A stretch of 63,887 bases of DNA, filler included, from a bacterium (GTDB lineage Bacteria > JALSQH01), in NCBI GenBank assembly GCA_026985515.1. It is 10 parts of 10 records of this genome, joined end to end, with 100 filler letters (N's around TTAATTAATTAA, not from the genome) between each part and the next. Parts side by side here need not be neighbours in the genome. Positions count along the whole stretch, not along the records: positions 3,276 to 15,648 come from JALSQH010000121.1; positions 15,749 to 28,080 come from JALSQH010000122.1; 8 more parts are not named here. One strand, 5' to 3'. The notes below the pieces were generated by a model. That model had not been told where the DNA came from. It ran no database searches and saw nothing but the letters and a program-made list of their open reading frames with translations. Made by a program: the position numbers and the translations under genes. Positions 9,800-19,882 of the stretch are shown here, piece after piece; the first letter of the stretch is position 1, and each line of letters starts with the position of its first letter.

Positions 9800-12067
9800 A
9801 TGCTTCAGGTAAAGGTGAGAAAAGAAGATGTTCTCGAATATCACTCCAAGGGGAGGAAGGGTAAACTGGAGGTGGTTCTTTCAAAACCCTGCCTTACTCA
9901 GCGTGACCTTTCAATGGCTTACACCCCAGGTGTTGCTTATGTGTGCCGTGAAATTGAAAAGAACAAGGACCTGGTTTATGAATACACCATAAAAAGCAAC
10001 CTGGTCGCAGTTATAAGCAATGGGACGGCGGTTTTAGGTCTTGGGGACATCGGGCCACTTGCAGGGAAACCTGTAATGGAGGGGAAAGCTGTTCTCTTCA
10101 AGAGGTTTGCAGATATAGATGTTTTTGACATTGAGATAGATGAGAAGGACCCGGAAAAAATGGTTCAGATTATCAGGGCCATTGCACCCACTTTCGGGGG
10201 AATTAATCTGGAAGACATAAAGGCTCCCGACTGTTTCTACATTGAGGAAAAACTGAAGGAGTCTCTTGATATCCCGGTCTTTCACGATGATCAGCATGGA
10301 ACAGCCATAATAACCACCGCAGCCCTCTTTAATGCACTGGAGATTCAGGGAAAGGACATCAGAGATATAAATGTTGTAATTTCTGGAGCAGGAGCAGCTG
10401 CAATAGCCATTGCAAAAATGTTCGTTGAATCGGGAGTTAAAAAAGAAAACATCACAATGGTAGACAGTAGAGGGGTGATTTACAAAGGAAGAAAAGAGGG
10501 AATGAACAGATATAAAGAACAATTTGCAGTTGAAACAGATAAACGAACCCTCGCCGAGGCAATGGTGGGAGCCGATGTGTTCGTTGGTGTTTCAGTCGGG
10601 GGGATCGTAACACCGGAAATGGTAAAATCAATGGCACCAAAACCCATAATTTTTGCACTGGCCAATCCAGATCCTGAGGTACCATACGATGTGGCCAAGG
10701 AAGCTGTTCCTGATGCCATTGTTGCAACGGGGAGAAGCGACTATCCAAACCAGGTAAATAACGTGCTTGGATTCCCCTTCATTTTCAGAGGAGCTCTTGA
10801 TGTTCGGGCCAGAACAATTAATGAGCAGATGAAACTCGCCGCTGCCAGGGCACTGGCTGATCTGGCAAAGGAGGATGTACCTGAAAGTGTCCTTAAAGCG
10901 TATGGAAACATAAAATTGAAGTTTGGACCAGACTACATTATACCAAAACCCTTTGACCCCAGGGTGCTCCTATGGGTGGCTCCCGCTGTAGCAAAGGCAG
11001 CAATGGAAAGTGGCGTTGCAAGGGTGGAAATCAGTGATTTCGACAGGTACAGAGAGGAACTTGAAAGGTTACTCGATCCATCCAAGGAAATAATGAGATG
11101 GACAATAAATAAGGCAAGGAAAATTAAGAGGAAGAGGATAGTTTTTCCTGAAGGTGACAATGAAAAGATTCTCAAGGCGGTTCAGATCATAGTGGAAGAG
11201 GGAATTGCTGAACCCATACTTCTAGGAAGAAGAGGAAAGATAAAAAACATGCTGAAAGAAATGGGGCTTGAAATTGAGGACAAAGTAACCCTCATAAATC
11301 CGGAGAAGAGCGAAAAATATGATGAATACGCTCACAAACTATTTGAAATGAGATGCAGAAAAGGTATGACTCTATCCGAAGCATACAGAATTCTGAAGGA
11401 TCCAAATGTCTTTGGTGCAATGATGGTACACATGGGGGATGCAGAGGGAATTGTTACAGGTGAAAATATGTTTTATCCAGAAGCCATAAGACCACTTCTC
11501 CAGATCATAGGAAAAGAAGAAGGCAAAAAAATTGTCGCTGGCCTTTACATGATGATCCTAAAAGACAAGATCCTCTTCTTTGCAGACACAACCATCAACA
11601 TAGAACCCTCTTCAGAGGAACTGGCGGATATAGCAATCATGGCAGCTGACACGGCAAGGTGGTTCAACATAGAACCGCATGTTGCCATGCTGAGTTTTTC
11701 AAACTTCGGAAGTAACAAACATCCCCTTGCCGCCAAGGTGAGAAAAGCTGTGGAAATAGTGCGGGAAAAGAGACCAGACATAGATATTGACGGAGAGATG
11801 CAGGTTGATCCGGCTGTGGTGGAGGAGATAAGGAAGGATATCTTCCCATTCAGCTACCTTCAGAACAATGCCAATGTTCTGATATTTCCCGGTCTTGAAG
11901 CTGGAAACATTGCATATAAGATTCTATGGAGGCTGGGAGGAGCGGCAGCCATTGGTCCCATTCTCATAGGAATGAAAAAACCTGCCAATGTGCTTCAGCG
12001 AGGAGCTGGAGTGGATGAAATTGTGAATCTGACTGCTATCACTGTTCTGAAGATTGCTGAAGATTAA
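9800..12067 (+). CDS. maeB: NADP-dependent malic enzyme with phosphotransacetylase-like domain
   Basis: [49 protein letters not shown]-terminal PTA-like domain ([19 protein letters not shown]). Confidence 0.97.
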   Translation: MLQVKVRKEDVLEYHSKGRKGKLEVVLSKPCLTQRDLSMAYTPGVAYVCREIEKNKDLVYEYTIKSNLVAVISNGTAVLGLGDIGPLAGKPVMEGKAVLFKRFADIDVFDIEIDEKDPEKMVQIIRAIAPTFGGINLEDIKAPDCFYIEEKLKESLDIPVFHDDQHGTAIITTAALFNALEIQGKDIRDINVVISGAGAAAIAIAKMFVESGVKKENITMVDSRGVIYKGRKEGMNRYKEQFAVETDKRTLAEAMVGADVFVGVSVGGIVTPEMVKSMAPKPIIFALANPDPEVPYDVAKEAVPDAIVATGRSDYPNQVNNVLGFPFIFRGALDVRARTINEQMKLAAARALADLAKEDVPESVLKAYGNIKLKFGPDYIIPKPFDPRVLLWVAPAVAKAAMESGVARVEISDFDRYREELERLLDPSKEIMRWTINKARKIKRKRIVFPEGDNEKILKAVQIIVEEGIAEPILLGRRGKIKNMLKEMGLEIEDKVTLINPEKSEKYDEYAHKLFEMRCRKGMTLSEAYRILKDPNVFGAMMVHMGDAEGIVTGENMFYPEAIRPLLQIIGKEEGKKIVAGLYMMILKDKILFFADTTINIEPSSEELADIAIMAADTARWFNIEPHVAMLSFSNFGSNKHPLAAKVRKAVEIVREKRPDIDIDGEMQVDPAVVEEIRKDIFPFSYLQNNANVLIFPGLEAGNIAYKILWRLGGAAAIGPILIGMKKPANVLQRGAGVDEIVNLTAITVLKIAED

Positions 12068-12498
12068 AAAGGAATATCATCTTCCTCATCTGGAGGGAGG
12101 TCTTCTGGAAGCTCATCTGAAAGAGTCTCTTCCTCAACAGGAAGATTTTGATTGGCATCACCCTTTGGAGAGAGAATAACTATTTCCCTTGCAATAATTT
12201 CCACAGTGGTTCTTGTTTCACCATTTTTGGTGGTCCACTGTCGGTTTGACAATCTTCCATCAACATAAACCTTAATTCCCTTGGTAAGATACTGCTGGAC
12301 AAACTCCGCCAGTCTCCCCCACGCAACAACTCTGTGCCAGGTTGTTACCTCCTGTTTCGAGCCATCAGGGGAGGTCCATCTTTCATTTGTAGCCAGGCTG
12401 AAATTTGCCACCGGCTGTCCGCTCGGAGTATATCTCAACTCAGGATCTCTGCCAAGATTACCCACAAGAATAACTTTATTCACACTTCCACGGCCCAT
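12064..12498 (-). CDS. ssb: Single-stranded DNA-binding protein
   Basis: [20 protein letters not shown] and acidic DDIPF tail; start moved to ATG 12498 behind a GGAGG RBS. Confidence 0.97.
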   Translation of the reverse strand: MGRGSVNKVILVGNLGRDPELRYTPSGQPVANFSLATNERWTSPDGSKQEVTTWHRVVAWGRLAEFVQQYLTKGIKVYVDGRLSNRQWTTKNGETRTTVEIIAREIVILSPKGDANQNLPVEEETLSDELPEDLPPDEEDDIPF

Positions 12499-12548
12499 TT
12501 CATTTCCTCCATCTTTGCTACAACTTCCATGTTTCATTATAATATAAA

Positions 12549-12980
12549 GTGAAAATGGAAACAAAAAAATACAGAAACCCCTTTCCCACCGTGGATATAA
12601 TTATTCAGTACCGGGGAAAAATTGTACTTATCAAGAGAAAAAACCCCCCTTACGGCTGGGCTATCCCGGGAGGATTTGTGGAGTATGGTGAGAGTCTCGA
12701 AGAAGCAGCTGTAAGAGAAGCCAGAGAGGAAACTTCTCTGGAAATAAGACTCGTTGAACAATTCAGGAGTTATTCGAGGCCTGACAGGGATCCCAGACAT
12801 CACACCATAACAACTGTTTTCATTGCAGATGGCTGGGGTACTCCGAAAGCTGACGACGATGCAAAAGAAATAGGCCTCTTTACAGAAGAGGATCTGCCTG
12901 ATGAAATCGTTTTTGACCACAGAGAAATTTTGATGGATTACTTCAACTACGTAAAGAGAGGGATTAGAAGAAAACTGTGA
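12549..12980 (+). CDS. NUDIX hydrolase (ADP-ribose pyrophosphatase-like)
   Basis: Nudix box [28 protein letters not shown] motif. Confidence 0.93.
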   Translation: MKMETKKYRNPFPTVDIIIQYRGKIVLIKRKNPPYGWAIPGGFVEYGESLEEAAVREAREETSLEIRLVEQFRSYSRPDRDPRHHTITTVFIADGWGTPKADDDAKEIGLFTEEDLPDEIVFDHREILMDYFNYVKRGIRRKL

Positions 12981-13519
12981 TTAAACTCCCCCTTTTTCCC
13001 CCTCAGCTGAAACCCGATGAAATTGATTTGATCAAAAATCTCGTTTCAGAATGTGTGAGAGCCTCCGTTGTTCTTGGTATTGTGCCCCGATTTGTTTTAC
13101 CGGGGAGACTTCACACCTTAAAGTATCCTCTCTTTGTCAGAATATTCAAAGATGGGAAATTGCGGGGGGAAATGGGCAAAATTACCAGCAATACAGATTT
13201 AGTTGAAGATCTATCAGCGGCTGTGACTGGGGCACTGCTACAGGATGTTAGATTTCCCCCGGTTAGCAGGGAAGAGCTCAATTCACTGGAAGTTGAAATT
13301 CATCTTTTCTTTCAGAAAACAAATGGATACAGGGAAGGGTTGTTCCTTAAATACAATTACTACAGCTCCATACTTTTCCCCTGGGAATTAACTGGAGAAA
13401 AAGAAAAAGATCTGCAAAGAGCCTGTCATAAAGCGGGTATTTTCTCACCCTGCTGGAAAGATCCTGCAACGGAGATTAAATACTTCTCGGTGGATTCTAT
13501 TGAAAAATTTGAAATTTGA
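12977..13519 (+). CDS. AMMECR1-domain protein (divergent)
   Basis: [33 protein letters not shown] follow the AMMECR1 pattern. Confidence 0.75.
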   Translation: MIKLPLFPPQLKPDEIDLIKNLVSECVRASVVLGIVPRFVLPGRLHTLKYPLFVRIFKDGKLRGEMGKITSNTDLVEDLSAAVTGALLQDVRFPPVSREELNSLEVEIHLFFQKTNGYREGLFLKYNYYSSILFPWELTGEKEKDLQRACHKAGIFSPCWKDPATEIKYFSVDSIEKFEI

Positions 13520-14971
13520 CTATTTGAAAATCAGATCAGCCTCTGTTGTGACACCAGGCTTAATTTCGACAATTTTTGACACCTTTCTGAATCCATGAAA
13601 TTCACCAACAACAACATACTCTCCCGGAGGGAGAGAAAGCATAGCACCCCTCTCAGAAATACTGTACCTTTTCAGTAGCCTGGTACCGGAATAGATTGAA
13701 ACAACTGCTGCAAGGGGTGTGAGGGTGGGTGAATAAAGCCTGATAATCAATTTTCCTTCAAGATACTTTATTTTCAAAGTCACATCTCTGACACTTTTTT
13801 CCTTTAACTCAATAAAGACTTCTGTGGATGTAAAATTTTTCTTCAAAGCCTTCAGGTAATAGATACCGGGTTTAAGTTTAACCAGGAAATTCCCCTGATT
13901 ATCTGTGTCAACAAGCATATTCCCGGGTTGAATCAATACCCTGCATTTTCCAATGGGGAATCCTCCCATGCTGGCCACCCTGCCCCTTATGTAGCCATAC
14001 TCAGCATTGTAACAGGGATCAGATGGCGATTGTTTTGAAGGGGGCAACAGAAAATAGGAAAGGCACTTCTTTTCAGTTACAACTGGTTTAACTTCAGTGA
14101 ATTTCATGTAGGTTGATGGTGGATAAGTGATCAGTATTCCCACCCTGTAATCAGGTGATCCTATACCCTTTGTTAATCCCGTCCCTCCCACAATTCCCCA
14201 CTCAAATTTTTTCTCCCTCTTTTTAAACATCACATTTACTTCCACAGGGTTCAGAGACTCGTATTTAAAAAAATGCCTCAATACAGTTTTCCCATTCAAT
14301 TCCACAGTGAAAAAGAGATCTCCACCAGATGGGTAGGAGTAACCCATTACATAATTCAACTCATCATCAAGGGAAAGGTTCATAATCTCCTCTCTTCTTC
14401 TGAAAGTATAGGAGAGGTTCAGATAAAAATAATTCCCCGAAACTTCGTAATCTCCAACCGCAGTTGCTGATAATTCAAAATCGGGATTTCCCAGATAATA
14501 CTCGGGAGACCCACTTGGAACAATTCCCCGAAGAATCAATGCTCCTCCGGGATAGTGGGATCTGTTAAAAAAGGAATACTTAACACCAAACCTTATATCT
14601 CCAACAGAAGAAACTCTTTTATAGATATCATTCAGAGGGTCGGAAATTTTTACATAGGTATCCCACGGAAGCAAAAGAAAAGATTGAAAGTTATAGGGTA
14701 AATTCAGAGAAGTTCCCCAGTAGCTCGTAACCATGTAGGGAATAACTTTCCTGGTTTCATCCCTGTTTATGCCCATCTCCAGAGGTGAAGCAGTATAGGT
14801 TATCATGGTGAGTATATTAAAATTCCATGGATCACCAACCCTTGAAGAATACCCCGTTATCCCATTTCCTCCGTCAGTGGAAGGATAAAAATTCTGAACA
14901 TTAAAACCCTGAGAAAATAGCAGTACGGGACAGAGCAGGAAAAGAACATAGAAAATGAAAAATTTCTTCAT
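13520..14971 (-). CDS. Outer-membrane beta-barrel protein with two carboxypeptidase-regulatory-like domains
   Basis: Signal peptide from ATG 14971; QGFNVQNFYP, GDIRFGVKY, GGTGLTKGIGSPDYRV barrel motifs; TDNQGNF..LKPGIY and LPPGEY beta-sandwich motifs. Confidence 0.7.
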   Translation of the reverse strand: MKKFFIFYVLFLLCPVLLFSQGFNVQNFYPSTDGGNGITGYSSRVGDPWNFNILTMITYTASPLEMGINRDETRKVIPYMVTSYWGTSLNLPYNFQSFLLLPWDTYVKISDPLNDIYKRVSSVGDIRFGVKYSFFNRSHYPGGALILRGIVPSGSPEYYLGNPDFELSATAVGDYEVSGNYFYLNLSYTFRRREEIMNLSLDDELNYVMGYSYPSGGDLFFTVELNGKTVLRHFFKYESLNPVEVNVMFKKREKKFEWGIVGGTGLTKGIGSPDYRVGILITYPPSTYMKFTEVKPVVTEKKCLSYFLLPPSKQSPSDPCYNAEYGYIRGRVASMGGFPIGKCRVLIQPGNMLVDTDNQGNFLVKLKPGIYYLKALKKNFTSTEVFIELKEKSVRDVTLKIKYLEGKLIIRLYSPTLTPLAAVVSIYSGTRLLKRYSISERGAMLSLPPGEYVVVGEFHGFRKVSKIVEIKPGVTTEADLIFK

Positions 14972-15021
14972 TTCGTAATTAATTATAAATTTCACCCGTA
15001 AAAATTTCAAAGATATAAAGA

Positions 15022-15648
15022 CTAACGAATTGAACTTACTCTCACACGAAGAGGAGCTTTATCAACATTGATAAATCTTTTTTCATCCCCCGGTTTAAAC
15101 TTCTCAAACCAGTACATAACTGACCTTATTAAAATTTTACCTTTTTTTACATGCTCAAGACCCACTATTGAATATCCAAGATCCCCATACTCACCTGGCT
15201 GATTCTCTGGAGGATCCTTTTTATTAACATCATCCTCAAAATAAAGCCTGATCCCTATTTCAGGATTGCCGGGAGCTGACCACTCAAGTACATTGAACCA
15301 CCCTGCAGGAAAAGGGTCAACTCCTGCATTTACCATCCACTCAAAGGGCCCTCTGTCTAACTTCTCTTTTTCAGGAGAAGGAACACCATTTATTTCCACA
15401 GGCACTGTGTTCCTGCTATTGTAAAACAACCTTCTTCCTGCCTCTTTCCTCATATCTATGCTTACTCTGAAGTCGGTACTTTTGAGGAACAACCCCACAT
15501 CAAAGGGAAGATCAACCACAACTGGAAATTCAAAGGAGTTATCGTAGAAGATGGTGAAAATATCAGCGGCAGGAGTTGGAATTTTCCAGAAAAGAGTCTG
15601 CCAGTTTCTGGTTAACCTGATAAGCCTTACTTTACCTGCATGATAAGC
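15022..15648 (-). CDS. Hypothetical protein, 5'-truncated
   Basis: Frame of ORF 15022..15519 stays open to the contig edge. Confidence 0.65.
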   Translation of the reverse strand, partial: AYHAGKVRLIRLTRNWQTLFWKIPTPAADIFTIFYDNSFEFPVVVDLPFDVGLFLKSTDFRVSIDMRKEAGRRLFYNSRNTVPVEINGVPSPEKEKLDRGPFEWMVNAGVDPFPAGWFNVLEWSAPGNPEIGIRLYFEDDVNKKDPPENQPGEYGDLGYSIVGLEHVKKGKILIRSVMYWFEKFKPGDEKRFINVDKAPLRVRVSSIR

Positions 15649-15748
15649 NNNNNNNNNNNNNNNNNNNNNNNNNNNNNNNNNNNNNNNNNNNNTTAATTAA
15701 TTAANNNNNNNNNNNNNNNNNNNNNNNNNNNNNNNNNNNNNNNNNNNN
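15649..15748. other. Artificial contig spacer
   Basis: N44-TTAATTAATTAA-N44. Confidence 0.98.
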
Positions 15749-15749
15749 C

Positions 15750-16946
15750 AGAAACAGTTCAGACATGATTGTGGGATATCTTGCCGGGATTGTAAATTAT
15801 TCTCCTCTCTTTGAAAGAATTTACTCAACAATACAGGACCTTTTCAAAAATACAGCCTGGGGCATCACTGTATGCACCTCTACAGGTAAACTTCTCTATC
15901 ATTACGGTGCTGGAGAGGAAAAATGTCCTCTCGGTGAACTCCTTCAGGGGAAGGGACTGATTCAGGGGGAAACCACATTAAAAGCTTTCTACTATGAAAA
16001 TCTGCTTGACTCCTTCATCACCCTTTATCTCTCAAAAAGTGACATACTTGGTTATTACTACCGCAAGATAACGAAACTGATATACATAATTCTTCTTTTC
16101 CTTATTCCCACGGTACTCCTTTCCATATATCTCCTTGGACATACATTAAAACCAATAGAAGATCTCCTCTGGGCTTCAGAGAGAGTGAGAGCCGGGGATC
16201 TCAATATCACACTTCCTGTCAGAAGATCTGATGAAATCGGTATGCTCATAAGAAGCTTCAATGAAATGGTGGAAACTCTGAGAGAAGACAAATTTGAACT
16301 GGAAAGAACAAATCAAAAATTGCAGGAGGCCTACAGAAAACTGGAAACAATAAACAGAACTCTTGCTGAAAGAAACAGAGAACTGGAAATGGCAAATCAG
16401 AAACTGCAAATTCTCTCAATTACAGATAGCCTCACTGGCCTGTACAACCACAGATTCCTTCAGGAAACACTGGAAAAGGAACTCCACCTTGCAAGAAGAA
16501 TAAACGCTCCTATTTCCTACCTTATGATTGACATCGACAATTTTAAAATTTTCAACGATACATATGGACATCAGGCTGGAGACGCACTTCTATCTCAACT
16601 CGGAAAACTTATCGTTTCACAACTGAGATCTTCCGACATAGCCACAAGATATGGAGGGGAGGAATTTGGTATTATCCTCCCCAACACCGATAAAGATGGC
16701 TCAATTTTTCTTGCAAGCAAAATCAGACTCACAGTTGCACATCACCCATTTAAGATAATGGAAAAAAATAACGAAATAGAGGTGCACATAACCGTAAGCA
16801 TAGGTGCATCCACAAAGAAACCATTTGTCATAGGACCTCACAGCAGAGAGGAAATCATCAGAGAAGCGGATGAAGCCCTTTACTATGCGAAAAGAACAGG
16901 TAAAAATAAAGTGGTACACTACCATGACATAGCACTTCAGCAGTAA
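15750..16946 (+). CDS. Membrane diguanylate cyclase (TM-HAMP-coiled coil-GGDEF), 5'-truncated
   Basis: HAMP motif DEIGMLIRSFNEM, DSLTGLYN, DIDNFK, I-site RSSD, active site RYGGEEF. Confidence 0.93.
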   Translation, partial: RNSSDMIVGYLAGIVNYSPLFERIYSTIQDLFKNTAWGITVCTSTGKLLYHYGAGEEKCPLGELLQGKGLIQGETTLKAFYYENLLDSFITLYLSKSDILGYYYRKITKLIYIILLFLIPTVLLSIYLLGHTLKPIEDLLWASERVRAGDLNITLPVRRSDEIGMLIRSFNEMVETLREDKFELERTNQKLQEAYRKLETINRTLAERNRELEMANQKLQILSITDSLTGLYNHRFLQETLEKELHLARRINAPISYLMIDIDNFKIFNDTYGHQAGDALLSQLGKLIVSQLRSSDIATRYGGEEFGIILPNTDKDGSIFLASKIRLTVAHHPFKIMEKNNEIEVHITVSIGASTKKPFVIGPHSREEIIREADEALYYAKRTGKNKVVHYHDIALQQ

Positions 16947-16947
16947 A

Positions 16948-17739
16948 ATGTGCAGATACTACAGGACCCTGATTTTCTCCCACAGAGGCAGATGCAGATC
17001 ACGGGAGGGGAGAATAGACAATACTCTCGGTGCAATCGAACAGATCAGAAAAGCGGGAATCAGAGGCGTAGAAATAGATCTGTGGCTCCTCAGAGATAAT
17101 GAAACAGTGCTGTTTCATGATTCGGAATTTTACAGGACAGGTAAAAGAAAAAGAGTTTCTGAATCCACTATGGAGGACCTTGATCTCTCTTCTGTAACAG
17201 GAAACATTCCCGGCAAAAAGAAAAGGATCTGGCAGAAGTGGAAACAACCTCCTGACCTTATAACACTTCTCGATTCTTTTCCTGAACTTTTCTTCAACCT
17301 TGAATTGAAATTTGAACACAATGAGGGATTGAGAGAAAGAGAAATCCTCTGGCTACGCTACCTCGTGGGACTACTTTCCATCAGAAAGGACCTTGATAGA
17401 ATAATCATCTCAAGCTTTAACTGGGATGCAGTGGACTTCATAAAAAAATCCTCTGAAACTCTTCAGACAGGATATCTCTTTGAAGAAAACCTTCTGGAAA
17501 CCGCAATAAAGAGAGGATTGAGGAACTCCATTTACTCTCTCCACCCCCACATCTCACTGGTTAATGAGACTCTGCTTGAGAAAGCAAGAGTGCATAATTT
17601 CAAAGTTATAGTATGGACCGTAAACAAACCTGACGAAATGGAAGAACTATTTAAAATAGGAGTTGATGGAATAATAACTGATTATCCCCTCATAGCTGCC
17701 AGAATAAGGGAGAACCTCTGTGGCAATTCATCAACTTGA
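16948..17739 (+). CDS. Glycerophosphodiester phosphodiesterase (GlpQ/UgpQ family)
   Basis: SHRG, DNT, VEIDL, FHD, NLELK, ISSF, WTVN, GVDGIITDYP. Confidence 0.92.
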   Translation: MCRYYRTLIFSHRGRCRSREGRIDNTLGAIEQIRKAGIRGVEIDLWLLRDNETVLFHDSEFYRTGKRKRVSESTMEDLDLSSVTGNIPGKKKRIWQKWKQPPDLITLLDSFPELFFNLELKFEHNEGLREREILWLRYLVGLLSIRKDLDRIIISSFNWDAVDFIKKSSETLQTGYLFEENLLETAIKRGLRNSIYSLHPHISLVNETLLEKARVHNFKVIVWTVNKPDEMEELFKIGVDGIITDYPLIAARIRENLCGNSST

Positions 17740-17763
17740 CTTAACCGGGAATAAAAGATAAGA

Positions 17764-18213
17764 TTGATGGTGATGGAAGATTTGAAAAGTGTAATCCCTG
17801 CTATTCTCCACAGGAATCTGGGAAAAATAGAGAAAGTAAGAAGTGCCTGGGAAAGCATTGGATGGAAAGAACTGCTTTCCAACACCTTTCCCTACCGGAC
17901 AACTTCCTCAACCATCTACATTGCTGTTACTCATCCAATCTGGAAAAATGAAATTATCAACAACAGCGACAGAATATTAAAGAAGATCAACAAGTTAACC
18001 GGGGAAAATTTCTCCAGAATTATTGTCGATGTCAACACCAGTTTTTTCCAGAAAAAGAGGAGCTCTGGTAGAGAAAATAAAAAGTTAAGAGAGCCCCTGA
18101 CAGCGGAGGATATAAGAGAATTAATTTCAAAAATAAAATCAGACAGAATCAGATCAAGACTCACTTCCTTACTTGAAAAAATGGAGGAAAGGAGGAAAAA
18201 TGGTCAACCTTGA
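17764..18213 (+). CDS. DUF721/DciA-family protein
   Basis: W..IG..L..NT.P, IYIAVTHPIWKNEI..ILKKIN pattern; Lys-rich tail. Confidence 0.7.
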   Translation: MMVMEDLKSVIPAILHRNLGKIEKVRSAWESIGWKELLSNTFPYRTTSSTIYIAVTHPIWKNEIINNSDRILKKINKLTGENFSRIIVDVNTSFFQKKRSSGRENKKLREPLTAEDIRELISKIKSDRIRSRLTSLLEKMEERRKNGQP

Positions 18214-19882
18214 AGAGATCGTGAAAAAAAGAATCTCTCGAAGAGATTTCGCAAAATATCTTGCTAAGGGAGCAATTTCAATAGCAATACTACCATCATT
18301 TATTACCTCGTGCGGGAAAGAAAAAGTTAGCAAATCCTCCACCTATCCCTATCTTCCCGGTAGCAGTTACAAAATTGGTCCCTACTTCACCACCCTTAAC
18401 AAAACAGTTAAACCAGTTCTGCCACTTCCAGAGGATGGAAATTATTATCCAGAAGATCACCCCGACCTGGGAAAATACTCATTTGGAGAGGGTGAGAACA
18501 TAATATTAAGAGACGATCCTCCTTTCACAAGAACAGATAACCCGCAGAGGGCTGTTCTTCTTTACTTTGTGCATCTCTCTGATATCCACCTCACAGATGA
18601 AGAATCCCCCATGAGGATGGTTGACGCTGACGCAAAAGGTGCGACTCAGGGAGCCTACAGAAGACAATCCATGTATTCCACCCAGGTACTGAACTCTGTG
18701 GTGAGGACCATCAATCACCTTGCCAAACCCAGAAAATTTGATTTTGTAATTCTCACCGGGGATCTCATAGACAATGACGAATATGTGGAACTTCGATGGC
18801 TCATAGACATTATGGATGGGAAAGCTGTCAATCCCGATACAGGAAAAGATGATGACCCCGTACCTGGACCAGCCAACGACTTTAACGATCCCTTTCAGGC
18901 GTGGGGACTCGATAAAAACATACCATGGTATGCGGTAATCGGGAATCACGACCTCGGGGTTCAGGGAACCTTCTTCGCCACCGAATATTACAATCAATAC
19001 GCCGTGGGTGACACAGTTTATGGTGGCAGTCAGGATGGTTCAAAACCTGACGCAACCAAAATCCGCTCCAACACAAAGGTGCCTTCTGATCCCAAAAGAC
19101 ACCTCCTGGGCACAAGGGTGAAAGATTATCAGGATGCTTCACCCTACATTTCAGAATTTTTCAAAACATCCTCCAGCCCTGTGGGGCATGGATTCAGAAG
19201 CAAAGATGATAAAGTGGGATTCTACACAGTTGATCCGGGCAAGGGCTTTATAAGAATAATAGCCATGGATACCTACGATATAAAGAACGGCGGAGCAGAT
19301 GGTTACATGAGCAGAGACCAGTGGGAAAATCTGGTTATACCTGCTATTGAACAGGCAAGGAAGGACAAAAAACTTGTTATCCTCACAAGTCACCATGCTT
19401 CATACTACATGAAGAGTAACTCGGAAGTTTCGGGAGAGGAAATTGTAAACACCCTTCTACAGTATCCCCATGTAATTCTCCATCTGGTAGGTCATGGGCA
19501 CCTGAACAGGATTGATTACCACATCAACAGTGAGGGTACAAATGGATACTGGGAGATACAGACATCTTCCCTTATAGACTTTCCCCAGCAGGGAAGAATT
19601 ATTGAGATTGTTTACAATGGGGATGGAACAGATTCAATTTTCACAGTTATGCTTGACCACAACTCACCTGAGGGGTGCATGTCATACAGATCCAGAGAAC
19701 TGGCTCTTCTTGAGATGCAGATAGGTGATGCAACAGGATGTGGACCCGGTAAACCTGAAGATAGAAACACAGAATTGATCTTTAAAGTACCTGATGAAAT
19801 AAGACAGGTTATCGAATCAAAGATTGATCAGCTTGAAAAACAGACTGCAGCTGAAACCTTTCTCAAAGAGGAGATAACATGA
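18200..19882 (+). CDS. Tat-exported lipoprotein metallophosphoesterase (calcineurin-like, TIGR03767/3768-like)
   Basis: SRRDFAK twin-arginine motif plus ITSC lipobox; DIHLTDEESP, TGDLID, GNHD, SHH, GHGH; RBS GGAGG before ATG 18200. Confidence 0.85.
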   Translation: MVNLEEIVKKRISRRDFAKYLAKGAISIAILPSFITSCGKEKVSKSSTYPYLPGSSYKIGPYFTTLNKTVKPVLPLPEDGNYYPEDHPDLGKYSFGEGENIILRDDPPFTRTDNPQRAVLLYFVHLSDIHLTDEESPMRMVDADAKGATQGAYRRQSMYSTQVLNSVVRTINHLAKPRKFDFVILTGDLIDNDEYVELRWLIDIMDGKAVNPDTGKDDDPVPGPANDFNDPFQAWGLDKNIPWYAVIGNHDLGVQGTFFATEYYNQYAVGDTVYGGSQDGSKPDATKIRSNTKVPSDPKRHLLGTRVKDYQDASPYISEFFKTSSSPVGHGFRSKDDKVGFYTVDPGKGFIRIIAMDTYDIKNGGADGYMSRDQWENLVIPAIEQARKDKKLVILTSHHASYYMKSNSEVSGEEIVNTLLQYPHVILHLVGHGHLNRIDYHINSEGTNGYWEIQTSSLIDFPQQGRIIEIVYNGDGTDSIFTVMLDHNSPEGCMSYRSRELALLEMQIGDATGCGPGKPEDRNTELIFKVPDEIRQVIESKIDQLEKQTAAETFLKEEIT

